Shown here in pieces: positions 26,421 through 38,299 of a stretch of DNA of 64,000 nucleotides. The notes beneath the pieces were generated by a model that was given only the letters and a program-made list of their open reading frames with translations, did not search any database and was not told the DNA's origin. The translations under genes were made by a program, and so were the position numbers. The first letter of the stretch is position 1. Every line of letters begins with the position of its first letter. Origin of the DNA: Eledone cirrhosa (lineage: Eukaryota); the NCBI GenBank assembly GCA_964016885.1, contig OZ024741.1, positions 26,846,001 to 26,910,000 on the forward strand, given 5' to 3'.

Positions 26421-28620
26421 TTAATTGTAAGTTGTGATGTTGCTGTTCCACTCATATTTTCTATTTAATTTTGGTTTTAATTCTTTTATGCTTACTACCT
26501 CTGTAATTTGCCTAAACATTGCGTCTTTTCTGTGTGTGGATTCTATTTTTATTTCTATGCTCTCTAATCTACCCCTGTGTTCTATCTTAGCATGTTGGTA
26601 GAGCACAGATGATTCTTTATTATCTTGGAGGTCTCGCCAGTGTTCATTTATTCGTTCCCCTATACTACGAGCTGTCTCACCTATGTACACTATATTTTTG
26701 TTTCTACATTGTCCTTCAGTACATCTTATGCTATACACTACATTTCTAGTTTTACAGTTAATATGGGGGCTTATTTTACAGATTATACATTTCTTATCTA
26801 TACATGAGGGTCTTTGGAACGGGTATGTCTTGCTAATAAGTGTTTTTACGGAGGTACCAGGTCTTTCTACTATCTTAATATTGAGATTATGTTTATTTAG
26901 GGCCCTTCTAAATTTGTAGGCTAGTTCGCCTCTAGGGGTTGTATTGATGAACATTACACTCTGGTATTTATTGCTATCATACCATGAGTTTATTCTATTG
27001 GCCATGTTCCTAGTTCTTTCTATTCTATTCCAAAATTTGCTCCTATACAAAGGGCAGGTCCCATTTATGTCATTATTTACCATTTTTTCCCATTTGGTTC
27101 TGGCTCCTTTATACACTCTGATTCTATCTCTCTGATTGTAGCCAGAGAACTGCATACGGTGGATGAAGTGTTGTATGTGTCTCTCTAGTTCTTCGGGGTT
27201 GCACATGCGGGACACATTTCTCATCACCCGTACCAAATCCGCAATCAGTATGTTGATTTTGGTATGGTCCGAAATGGCTGAGTTTCGGTGGATCAGATGT
27301 TTGGAAGTCATGGGTTTGGCATAATGGGAATGGAGGATTTGTTTTTGGTTGTTAATGGTATCTAACCAGAGCTCTGTGTCTAGTACAGGTAATCGATGGT
27401 TGGGGTGTCTACTTGGGTAGTCTATAGTAACTCTAATGCTCTGGTGGATGGAGTTTGCTATTTGCTGGATGCTTTCCATTGTGTTTTTCTCTAGTTCCTG
27501 ACTGTTCTTTAGTGGGGGTGTCTTAACTACGATGTTTATATCATCTACGTAGCGGGAGTACATTATCAGGGTTAAGCTGTCTTCTAATTGTTCATTAAGT
27601 TTTTGTTTAAGTCTACCATACCATGAATAAGTTAGCTATGTCGCCTGCAATGCTAACACCAATGGCTGCTCCTTCCTCTTGGGCATATGTTTTACCATTA
27701 AATTTGAACATATGTTCCTTAAGGGTTAATTTTATGCTGGATCCTACTGCATGTGCAATCATTTTCTTCAGTTCATCGTTGTTTTCGGGTGTCCGTATGG
27801 CTCTGGTCCACCCGTTCCATCTATCTGTGTGGGTTTTCTTGGCCATTGAGGTAATGGTAGGTGGTCTGCCTCTTGCTGGTCTTGTAGGGCACAGGTTGCT
27901 AAGGTCATAAGTGTCTAGGTAACTATTACTATGGGTAAGCTTAAGTAGAAGTCCCAGCTCACTGGTATCAATCCCACGGAACTCAACCTTGCTCTCGCTG
28001 ATCATTTCTACGCATTTCTCCACAGCAAAATCCACGTCAATAGATGGATACAGGGACACAACATCCATACTGCCTATTATGCAGTTTGTTAGGTCCCCAG
28101 ATCGGTTACCCACGCCGATTCTGCTGAGGAGGTCCTCCGTGCTGTCACACACATCTGGGGACATCTCAATGATGGGGCGTATGATCAGGGAGAGGAAGTA
28201 GGACAGTCTGTAGTTACTAGCAATGTTAGCCCCACAGACTGGCCGTGTTGGTGGTCCCGCGACAGGGTCCCAGCCCGTTTTATGGTCTTTTCGAAGCCCA
28301 TACAACGCCGGCACGTCATTGTTCCAGGCCTGGAAGTTGTTGGCAGTCCTTTTGTTGGGCTGCATTATATTCGTCCACATCACCATATGGGCATTGAGGG
28401 CTTTTTCTCTATCCTCATGCTCCTGTGGTGTTACCTCTCTTGTGTTAGTGATGTGGGGTTGCATTGCCTGGATGTAGTTTGGCAGGCTGTCAACCGACAT
28501 TCTGCCAGACTTGTCTGTTGGAAAACATGCTATCTCTCCAATACGCGAGAGCTGCATGAGCTTACGCAAGCCATTTGCAGATTCTTCTCCCAGTTGCTGG
28601 GCCTCTATTCTATTATGCTT
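26421..28620 (-). pseudogene. PLE reverse transcriptase + Cys linker + GIY-YIG endonuclease, one frameshift near 27600
   Basis: LYGLRKDHK, PTRPV, SMDVVSLYPSI, GAAIGVSIAGDIANLFM, RYVDDI, LPVLD; CIDKKCIIC; NVVYSIRC..YIGETARSIGERINEH..E..N. Confidence 0.9.
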
Positions 28621-29048
28621 CTTGCTATACTGTTCTATAATATTTCTAAGTTCGGATTTAGCTATACTAATAGTAACTACAGACTGTCCTACTTCCTCTC
28701 CAACTTAAATAGAAAATATGAGTGGAACAGCAACATCACAACTTACAATTAACGACAAAATGAAAACACACACACACATAGAACAAACAACTTACAATTA
28801 AGGACAAAATGAAAACACACACAAAATGAAAACACACACAGGACAAAATGAAAACACACACACAAATAGAACAAACAACCAACCAACAATAAATAAATAA
28901 ATAAATAAACAAATAGATAAATGAACACAAACACACACAGACACCCGGATGTGGCGCATGCACAAACTGAGCACACAACACACACACAGAAACAAAATGG
29001 CGTAGGATAGAAGAAAGGAAAGGCACAGAAACGAAGAAAGGAATCCCC

Positions 29049-29093
29049 AGTCACTGAAGAGGTCACAGAGTGTGTGACGAAAGGACTATGACT
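29049..29093 (+). ncRNA. Type I hammerhead in PLE pLTR (mirror 26097-26141 has GAAA>AAAA)
   Basis: AGTCA-CTGAAGA-gGTCAC..GTGAC-GAAA-GGAC-TA-TGACT. Confidence 0.75.
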
Positions 29094-29119
29094 ATATATA
29101 AACAACTATCTGGTTGTAG

Positions 29120-29420
29120 AAATAATGATATTTGTTTATTGAAAAAGACAAAGATTCAATACAATAGGTCTGTTTGGGAACAGGTTTTGAATTGACCAAT
29201 AGAGAGATAGTGAGGGTCAAGATAGTAATATAGTAGTAGAAGAACCTTCTATCAGTACATTTTGTTTTTTTATCGAAGTGGTAGGCCCTCCATCTGACTC
29301 TTCTGATAAATTGGTTGGTTTTTTGTATCATAAGAAGTAAGAAATCATCCTTAGAAGGTAATGGTATATTCTTTAAAGAGGTTCCCAAGTATTGATAGTT
29401 TGTATAAATACTGTACATAG
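29120..29420 (-). pseudogene. N-terminal fragment of another PLE ORF
   Basis: SLKNIPLPSK..LLLMIQKT.QFIRRVRWRAYHF resembles the conserved N-terminus of invertebrate PLE proteins. Confidence 0.6.
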
Positions 29421-29666
29421 ATCTATAGAATATGCATACCTACTCTATCACATATATATCCTAGAAACGATCGTAAAATAATGAATTTTTTTAATATAAG
29501 GAACTGTTTCTTTGTTTATTCATTATTTTATTAATTTATCTTGACTCTGTTTTCCGTTTATTTTTCACCGAAAGTAGTTTTTGAATACATCTCTTTTCAT
29601 GATATCCGGATTACATTGAGTTCTTCATATGGATTGGACACTGCCGTAAACTTTTGGTAGATTTAT

Positions 29667-29667
29667 C

Positions 29668-29698
<31 letters not shown>

Positions 29699-29711
29699 TT
29701 ATATGTATATA

Positions 29712-29785
<74 letters not shown>

Positions 29786-29807
29786 TATATATATATATAT
29801 ATATATA

Positions 29808-29869
<62 letters not shown>

Positions 29870-29911
29870 TATATATATATATATAATTATATATATATAT
29901 ATATATATAAT

Positions 29912-29943
<32 letters not shown>

Positions 29944-30150
29944 ATTATATATATATATATATATATTTAGATATATATATATATATATTTAGATATATAT
30001 ATATATATTTAGATATATATATATATATATTTAGATATATATATATATATATTTAGATATATATATATATATTTAGATATATATATATATTTAGATATAT
30101 ATATATATATATATATATTTAGATATATATATATATTTAGATATTTATAT
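29667..30150. repeat. (TA)n array with TAAT and TTTAGA variants
   Basis: Direct inspection. Confidence 0.95.
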
Positions 30151-30232
30151 TTGTAAACAACCAAACAGCCCGAATTACGCCATACAGTGTTTAGGCAACC
30201 ATGTCACCTTTTTGTTCAACACTGACACAGGA

Positions 30233-30275
30233 ACGATGTACTAGTTTCAAGCTTATTAGCTATCGTCAGCATCGT
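30233..30275 (-). ncRNA. Minimal type I hammerhead ribozyme in a ~250 bp island between TA tracts
   Basis: ACGATG-CTGACGA-tAGC taataa GCTt-GAAA-CTAG-TA-CATCGT. Confidence 0.88.
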
Positions 30276-30521
30276 ATACCTTCCTGCCAGATGGTTGAAC
30301 ATCTGAAAGTATATACTTTCCTTATGCATATTAACGACTGAGCAGCCTGATTTGCATATCGAGTGAGTTCAGTCGGCCGGGCATATACATACTACTGTAC
30401 ATCTGTATAGATATATGTATGTACGTATACATACATATATATATATATATTTATATATATATATATTTATATATATATTTATATATATATATATTTATAT
30501 TTATATATATATATTTATATA

Positions 30522-30975
30522 TATGATATTAAATAAATGGAAACTATATTTATAAAACCATATTTATTTCATTATATATATTTCAGGGATATCATATTAA
30601 CAATATGTTATGCCTTCTTCAGACAAAATACAATATAAACAGTCTTATAAATAAATAGATACGACATACCTTTCAATCGACTTGCATTTGGGAGGTTGAT
30701 CTGCCAAATCAACCTCCCAAATGCAAGTCGATTGAAAGGTATGTCGTATCTATTTATTTATAAGACTGTTTATATTGTATTTTGTCTGAAGAAGGCATAA
30801 CATATTGTTAATATGATATCCCTGAAATATATATAATGAAATAAATATGGTTTTATAAATATAGTTTCCATTTATTTAATATCATAAATATACTCAAAAT
30901 ACTTGTTGAGTGCTTTTATATCAGTTATAAATATTTACTCGTTGTTAACCCAACAATTTAAATATAACTTTCCAT
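30522..30975 (+). mobile_element. PLE pLTR fragment with ~180 bp fold-back
   Basis: Arms 30522-30700/30708-30886; tail shared with 41005-41095. Confidence 0.8.
30781..30840 (+). ncRNA. Type I hammerhead (mirror 30568-30627 on minus)
   Basis: TTTGT-CTGAAGA-AGG...CCT-GAAA-TATATA-TA-ATGAA. Confidence 0.7.
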
Positions 30976-32399
30976 ATATTTATATATATATATTTATATA
31001 TATATATTTATATATATATATTTATATATATATTTATATATAGATCAAAAGATGGTTAAAAGAGTTACATGTATTTTATTATGCGCATTTCAAAAACAAA
31101 TATCATCATGAGATGACATTTGCGTTTTCGTCAGATAAAATAGGGAGACATGATATGAAGGTTAAAAAACACTTGTGAATAGTGCAGTTTTAAATCAACA
31201 TATGAAAAGTAATTTAAGATTGATGTGTGATATTGGGAAAAAAAATGAGAGGGGGGGATTGGAAAGGATGAAAAAGAGGAGGAGATGAGAGTAAAGAATG
31301 GTGGGGGAGGAGTATAATAAGGAAGGATGGGATAGGAGGAGAGATGGGTGATAGAAAGAGAGAGATAGCCTTTATAACTGAGAAAATTATATATTGTTTC
31401 ACAGAGAGAGGTTAAAAAGCCGTTGGAAGATAATATACAATTTAAAAGAATTTGAAAATTGATGAAGAGAAAAAATTAATGAAGAGAAAAAAAAAATTAT
31501 GAATAATATTAAATTAAGGTTTGTATATTGAAGGGTTCAATAATATGTACGATGAAAAGAAATTGTTAATATGTATTAAGAATAATATTAAATTAAGGTT
31601 TGTATATTGAAGGGTTTAATAATATGTGCGATGAAAAGAAATTGTTAATATGTATTATTAAAATAAATATATTAATGTTATTAAGGATATAATGTGAAAA
31701 GAAGTAGAAGAGTGGATGAATTATGAATTTAGAGGAATTAGTTAGTGTTTAAGTTTGTTTTTATGTAATGTAATATGTATGCGTAATATATGTAAATAGT
31801 TTGTTTACAAATGAGCGCAGAAAGCAAAGAAGAAAATAGTGTTTAAGGAAGAGAAGACTCTAACATCAAAATATATATGTTTATGAAGTATTTCCTAATG
31901 GTAATAATATAATGTAATAAAGGAGATTAGTTAGGGTTTAAGTTTGTTTTATGTATTGTGATATGTAATATGTAAAAGTTAGACGAGCATGAAAGGGAGA
32001 AAAATATAATGAACTGAGGAGGAATAATCTAACGTCAAAAAATGTTTATGTTTACGAAGGATTTTTAAAGGTAATACTATAAAGTATTTAAAAGGTAATA
32101 ATAAGTTTTATGGCCAATGATATGAAGGAAGAAGGAAGAGTGGATATATTGTGGTGAGTAATAATAAGAATTGAGAAGTATTTAGGAAGAAAAAGTACAG
32201 ATTAGAGGTTAGAAATAAAAGAAAAAGAGGAAGAAAAGGAAAGTGATAAATAGGAATGATATAGAATGAGTAACTAGTATTATATAATGTATAATAAATA
32301 ACATTGAAATAAGGTAGAAAGATGGGTTTATTTTTAAAGAAATATATATATATGAGCCTTTGAGAAAAAGGATTTTAAACTGGTAAAGTATTAGATATT

Positions 32400-33850
32400 A
32401 GCTGTATACTTTATTGAATGTTCTGTGGAATTTATGCAAGCAGAGAGAAAATAAGTCAGTGCGTCTATTTATTATAGAATCTAAATTAAATATAATGGTA
32501 AATTTCTCACATAAACAAAGATTACACGTTCAGGATATGGAGGCATTCAAGTAGGGAGAGGCAGAACAAACTTTACTCTAAGAGATGTTATAGTTAATAT
32601 TTTTGTCTTTCAAGGACCATATGAGTTCTGAGAGTGCTGTGTTGGTTCTTTTAAGGTGGTATTTAAAAGAAGAATTGTGATTATAAAAACGGGCTTTGAA
32701 TGAGGTGGAAGTGGAGCCAAAATAGGTAAAGGAATTGGTATCAGTTATAACTTTACATTCATAGACTAAGTTTTTTTCAAGACAATGGTTGTTGAGAGGA
32801 CATTTATTTTTAACAGGGCAATTACAATTGCGATTAGAGAAATTAACAAAGTTATTAACAAGTGACCTAGTGTTATCTATAGGAGGAATTGGATTGGAGA
32901 AGTTATTTACGATAGGAATAATAGTTTTCTGATTTAGATTGGTATTAAGAACATTTGACGAAGTTACGTTTGACGTCGTATTTGGGTTTGCAGAAACTAG
33001 CCTAGAGTTAACAATGACGTCGGGAGTACTACTGCTATTATGACATTCAGTGTTGGAAGGAAGTGATTTAGTATTTAATATTTTATTGTTGTGTTTAGAG
33101 ATAATGTTGAAGATGTTGGAGGAAGTGGAATAGGAAAATGTTATTGTATGTTTGTTAAATATTTTACTATAGATATGTGAGGGAGGAGAGCATTTATTTA
33201 AGGCACTAAAGAATAATTTAGGAATATTATTAATAGAAATGGAGAAAGGAGCATTATACCAGATTATATTTTTGTATCTAGGTCTTTTATTAAAGTTATT
33301 GGAATGATCATAATTAATTATTTTACTGTAAGATCTTCTAGGATTGGTTTCTTTACTGTATTTGATTTTATCAGGATAACCGGCTTTAGAAAGCGCGTTA
33401 TTATAGTAATTGGCGTTAGCATCAAAGATATTTTTTATTAGATGATAGGTTTGATATTCTTTTTCCAATATTACTAACTATAGCATTTTTAATGTTAGTG
33501 GGGTGGTTAGATTTAAAATTAACATAATTTAGATTCTCATTGTTTTTATGGTAAGGGTAATATAGGCCAGTGTCAAAATTAAGGGATATATCCAACAAGT
33601 TAGCTAGTTTGACGTTGTTATCAAATTCAATTTTTAAGTTATGTTGGTTAAAGAGATCACGTATATTGTTCTTAATAATATTAAGGTTAACTATGTTGCA
33701 ATTTAAGATAGTAAAAAGTCCATCGTCCCGATAAATTCCACCGCGAAGTTGAGGAATTTTCCGATTCAAAGAGTTCAAAATAAAGATACCAATTAAATCA
33801 GTCAATTGGGATGAATCGGATGCACCCATTGTAATGCTTCCCTTCCTCAC
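32400..33850 (-). pseudogene. PLE RT C-terminal half + GIY-YIG endonuclease, disrupted
   Basis: ITMGASD, GIYRDDGL, LLDISLN, SNHP; CNCPVKNKCPL, LVYECKV..YFGSTSTSFKARFYNH. Confidence 0.88.
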
Positions 33851-35791
33851 ATATCTATAGTAAAATATTTAACAAACATACAATAACATTTTCCTATTCC
33901 ACCTCCTCCAACATTATCTCTAAACACAACAATAAAATATTAAATACTAAATCACTTCCTTCCAACACTGAATGTCATAATAATAGCAGTAGTACTCCCG
34001 ACGTCATTGTTAACTCTAGGCTAGTTTCTGCAAACCCAAATACGACGTCAAACGTAACTTCGTCAAATGTTCTTAATACCAATCTAAATCAGAAAACTAT
34101 TATTCCTATCGTAAATAACTTCTCCAGTCCAATTCCTCCTATAGATAACACTAGGTCACTTGTTAATAACTCTGTTAATTTCTCTAATCGCAATTGTAAT
34201 TGCCCTGTTAAAAATAAATGTCCTCTCAACAACCATTGTCTTGAAAAAAACTTAGTCTATGAATGTAAAGTTATAACTGATACCAATTCCTTTACCTATT
34301 TTTGCTCCACTTCCACCTCATTCAAAGCCCGTTTTTATAATCACAATTCTTCTTTTAAATACCACCTTAAAAGAACCAACACAGCACTCTCAGAACTCAT
34401 ATGGTCCTTGAAAGACAAAAATATTAACTATAACATCTCTTGGAGTAAAGTTTGTTCTGCCTCTCCCTACTTGAATGCCTCCATATCCTGAACGTGTAAT
34501 CTTTGTTTATGTGAGAAATTTACCATTATATTTAATTTAGATTCTATAATAAATAGACGCACTGACTTATTTTCTCTCTGCTTGCATAAATTCCACAGAA
34601 CATTCAATAAAGTATACAGCTAATATCTAATACTTTACCAGTTTAAAATCCTTTTTCTCAAAGGCTCATATATATATATTTCTTTAAAAATAAACCCATC
34701 TTTCTACCTTATTTCAATGTTATTTATTATACATTATATAATACTAGTTACTCATTCTATATCATTCCTATTTATCACTTTCCTTTTCTTCCTCTTTTTC
34801 TTTTATTTCTAACCTCTAATCTGTACTTTTTCTTCCTAAATACTTCTCAATTCTTATTATTACTCACCACAATATATCCACTCTTCCTTCTTCCTTCATA
34901 TCATTGGCCATAAAACTTATTATTACCTTTTAAATACTTTATAGTATTACCTTTAAAAATCCTTCGTAAACATAAACATTTTTTGACGTTAGATTATTCC
35001 TCCTTAGTTCATTATATTTTTCTCCCCTTCATGCTCGTCTATCTTTTACATATTACATATCACAATACATAAAAACAAACTTAAACCCTAACTAATCTCC
35101 TTTATTACATTATATTATTACCATTAGGAAATACTTCATAAACATATATATTTTGATGTTAGAGTCTTCTCTTCCTTAAACACTATTTTCTTCTTTGCTT
35201 TCTGCGCTCATTTGTAAACAAACTATTTACATATATTACGCATACGTATTACATTACATAAAAACAAACTTAAACACTAACTAATTCCTCTAAATTCATA
35301 ATTCATCCACTCTTCTACTTCTTTTCACATTATATTCTTAATAAAATTAATATTTTTATTTTAATAATACATATTAACAATTTCTTTTCATCGCACATAT
35401 TATTAAACCCTTCAATATACAAACCTTAATTTAATATTATTCTTCATTTTTTATTTTCTCTTCATTAATTTTTTCTCTTCATCAATTTTCAAATTCTTTT
35501 AAATTATATATTATCTTCCAACGGCTTTTTAACCTCTCTCTGTGAAACAATATATATTTTTCTCAGTTATAAAGGCTATCTCTCTCTTTCTATCACCCAT
35601 CTCTCCTCCTATCCCATCCTTCCTTATTATACTCCTCCCCCACCATTCTTTACTCTCATCTCTTTTTCATCCTTTCCAACCAACCTCATTTTTTTTCCAA
35701 ATATCACACATCAATCTTAAATTACTTTTCATATGTTGATTTAAAACTGCACTATTCACAAGTGTTTTTTAACCTTCATATCATGTCTCCC

Positions 35792-35862
35792 TATTTTATC
35801 TGACGAAAACGCAAATGTCATCTCATGATGATATTTGTTTTTGAAATGCGCATAATAAAATA
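35792..35862 (+). ncRNA. Type I hammerhead in PLE pLTR (mirror 31072-31142 on minus)
   Basis: TATTTTAT-CTGACGA-aaacGCAAATGTCATC tcat GATGATATTTGTtttt-GAAA-TGCGCA-TA-ATAAAATA. Confidence 0.88.
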
Positions 35863-36069
35863 CATGGAACTCTTTTAACCATCTTTTGATCTTATATTAT
35901 TTATACTCCAGTCCTACAAACTGTAGAGTGCTACTTATCCGATATCTGCATTGCTTTATTGTACTACAATAAAACTCACCTCCTGCATATATTTATATAT
36001 ATATATTTATATTTATATATATATTTATATATATATATTTATATATATATATATATATTTATATATATT

Positions 36070-36126
<57 letters not shown>

Positions 36127-36127
36127 T

Positions 36128-36158
<31 letters not shown>

Positions 36159-36171
36159 ATTTATATATATT

Positions 36172-36203
<32 letters not shown>

Positions 36204-36540
36204 TATATATATATATATTTATATATATATATTTACATATATATATTTATATATATATATTTATTTATATATATATATTTATATATAAATGAAAGGTATA
36301 GAAAATATTGTAGCAAAAAGCCAACAGTATTCCCTAATATATAAGTGACTATAGCGTCAAAATGGGAAAAATAGTTAACGTAAGATGTGGGAAAGATAAT
36401 TCAAACTCAACTCAAAAAGAATCAGGATATAGATTAATCCAACATAATTTAGTGAAATCCAGGGAAAAATCAATAGAGCCTTAACTCATGATAAAATAAA
36501 GTTTAAAATACTCATCCTTCAATTTGGGACAATTACAAAT

Positions 36541-36620
36541 GCTCTGTATAGTCTTGAAGACTATTTCACGAAAACTTTCAGTGGAGATGGTCAGGGTTGG
36601 AATTCGATCCTCAGCAGAGC
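36541..36620 (-). ncRNA. Type I hammerhead ribozyme with full stem III, in a ~420 bp island (36289-36710)
   Basis: GCTCTG-CTGAGGA-tCGAA...TTCGt-GAAA-TAGTCT tca AGACTA-TA-CAGAGC. Confidence 0.82.
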
Positions 36621-36731
36621 TCAACTCGATAGCCAAATTTCTCACTGATTAATATGCCAAAAAGGGAATTAAAAGCAGGCTAGTTTACCATCATGCGTGA
36701 TTATGAAAATATATTTATATATATATATTTA

Positions 36732-36775
36732 TTCTTTTACTCTTTTACCTGTTTCAGCTATCCGGCTGAGGCCAT
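36732..36775 (-). mobile_element. Very short 3' end of CR1-group LINE family
   Basis: Reverse complement of 55455-55500. Confidence 0.75.
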
Positions 36776-37152
36776 ATTTATATATATATATATATGGGGT
36801 GGGTCATATTTGTGTAATATTGCCAGAATTGATAACAGAACACACTCACTGTTTGGTTGGTTTTCGCTTCTGTGTCTTTTATATCGGTTAATTTAATTTA
36901 TTCTGTCCTCAATGTCGCCATTGACTGACCAACGGTCAAAAATACAGATATAATATAGACACAAACACATATATATAGTCTATCAAAGTTCTTTCGTTGC
37001 ACATCTGCAACATCGTCATTGGTGCTATTGTTTTTCCACCCGTTGCATTGTACGCCTACGCCATCTTTATTTAGTTTGTTTATTTATTTCTTTATATATA
37101 TTTATATATTTATATTTATATATTTATATTTATGTATTTATATATATATATT

Positions 37153-37205
<53 letters not shown>

Positions 37206-37214
37206 ATATATATT

Positions 37215-37245
<31 letters not shown>

Positions 37246-37382
37246 ATATTTATATATATATATTTATATATATATAAATATATATATTTATATATATATA
37301 TATTTATATATATATATTTATATATATATTTATATTTATATATTTATATATATATTTATATATATATTTATATATATATATT

Positions 37383-37414
<32 letters not shown>

Positions 37415-37488
37415 TCTTTATATATATATTTATATATATATTTATATATAAATATTTATATATATATATATATATATTTACATATATA

Positions 37489-37540
<52 letters not shown>

Positions 37541-37551
37541 TATATATTTAT

Positions 37552-37900
37552 ATACAAAGCGAAACCTACAGTCAGTAGGCACCTCTAACAAAAATACACC
37601 CCCGTCCCACTACCCCTACCCCATCCACACCACCCATTCCAATGTAATGTTATGTTGGTACCACAACATCCAGTCCGCTACAAATGAGGTCTTGTAGGTG
37701 TCACGACAAAAAACATACAGTCCACGCTGTAATGTAGCCGTGTGTTTGGTGTTAGGAAGGGCATCCAGCCGTAGAAAACCTGTCAGACAGTTCTATACGA
37801 GCAAGACAACCAATCTTGCCTCAAGTAGGAAAATTCCCGTCCAAACCCTTGCTAGCGTGGAAGATGGACGTTAAACGATGATGATGATGATGATGATGAT
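37552..37900 (+). mobile_element. RTE 3' UTR fragment
   Basis: Matches 3880-4248; (GAT)n tail. Confidence 0.85.
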
Positions 37901-37920
37901 ATTTATATATATATATATAT

Positions 37921-38145
37921 CACATTCATATAAATTATTGATTTATTGATATTTTATCTGAGTGTCCCGAACCTTCCTGGTCGTTATTTTTCGGCTGCAT
38001 GGGTGATTTTAGGCATAATCTTTGTTTGTTAGTATTTTAACGATAGTTATAGCTCTGATTTATCTGAATTATTGAGCCCTCTGCCACTCATGTCGGATTT
38101 GTTTATCGTAAATTCATGAGCTGATTTTCCGATACTCGATTATTC

Positions 38146-38150
<5 letters not shown>
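37921..38150 (+). mobile_element. Dispersed repeat, divergent copy 3 of the 11.5/25.3 kb family
   Basis: TGGTCGTT..GGCTG..TTTAACG..CTCTG..ATCTGAAT.ATTGAGC.C..GCCAC..TCGGA colinear with reverse complement of 25297-25500. Confidence 0.55.
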
Positions 38151-38224
<74 letters not shown>

Positions 38225-38299
38225 TATATATATATATTTGTATATATATATTTGTATATATATATTTATATATATATATTTATATATATATTTATATAT

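Larger units (their letters stand above)
25876..29120 (-). mobile_element. Penelope-like element with inverted pLTR arm
   Basis: RT+GIY-YIG ORF on minus; 28701-29120 is an inverted copy of 26072-26470. Confidence 0.9.
31042..35990. mobile_element. Penelope-like element forming a ~2.1 kb-arm inverted repeat
   Basis: 31042-33178 is the reverse complement of 33850-35892; unique loop encodes RT C-terminus; unique 3' tail 35893-35990. Confidence 0.9.
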
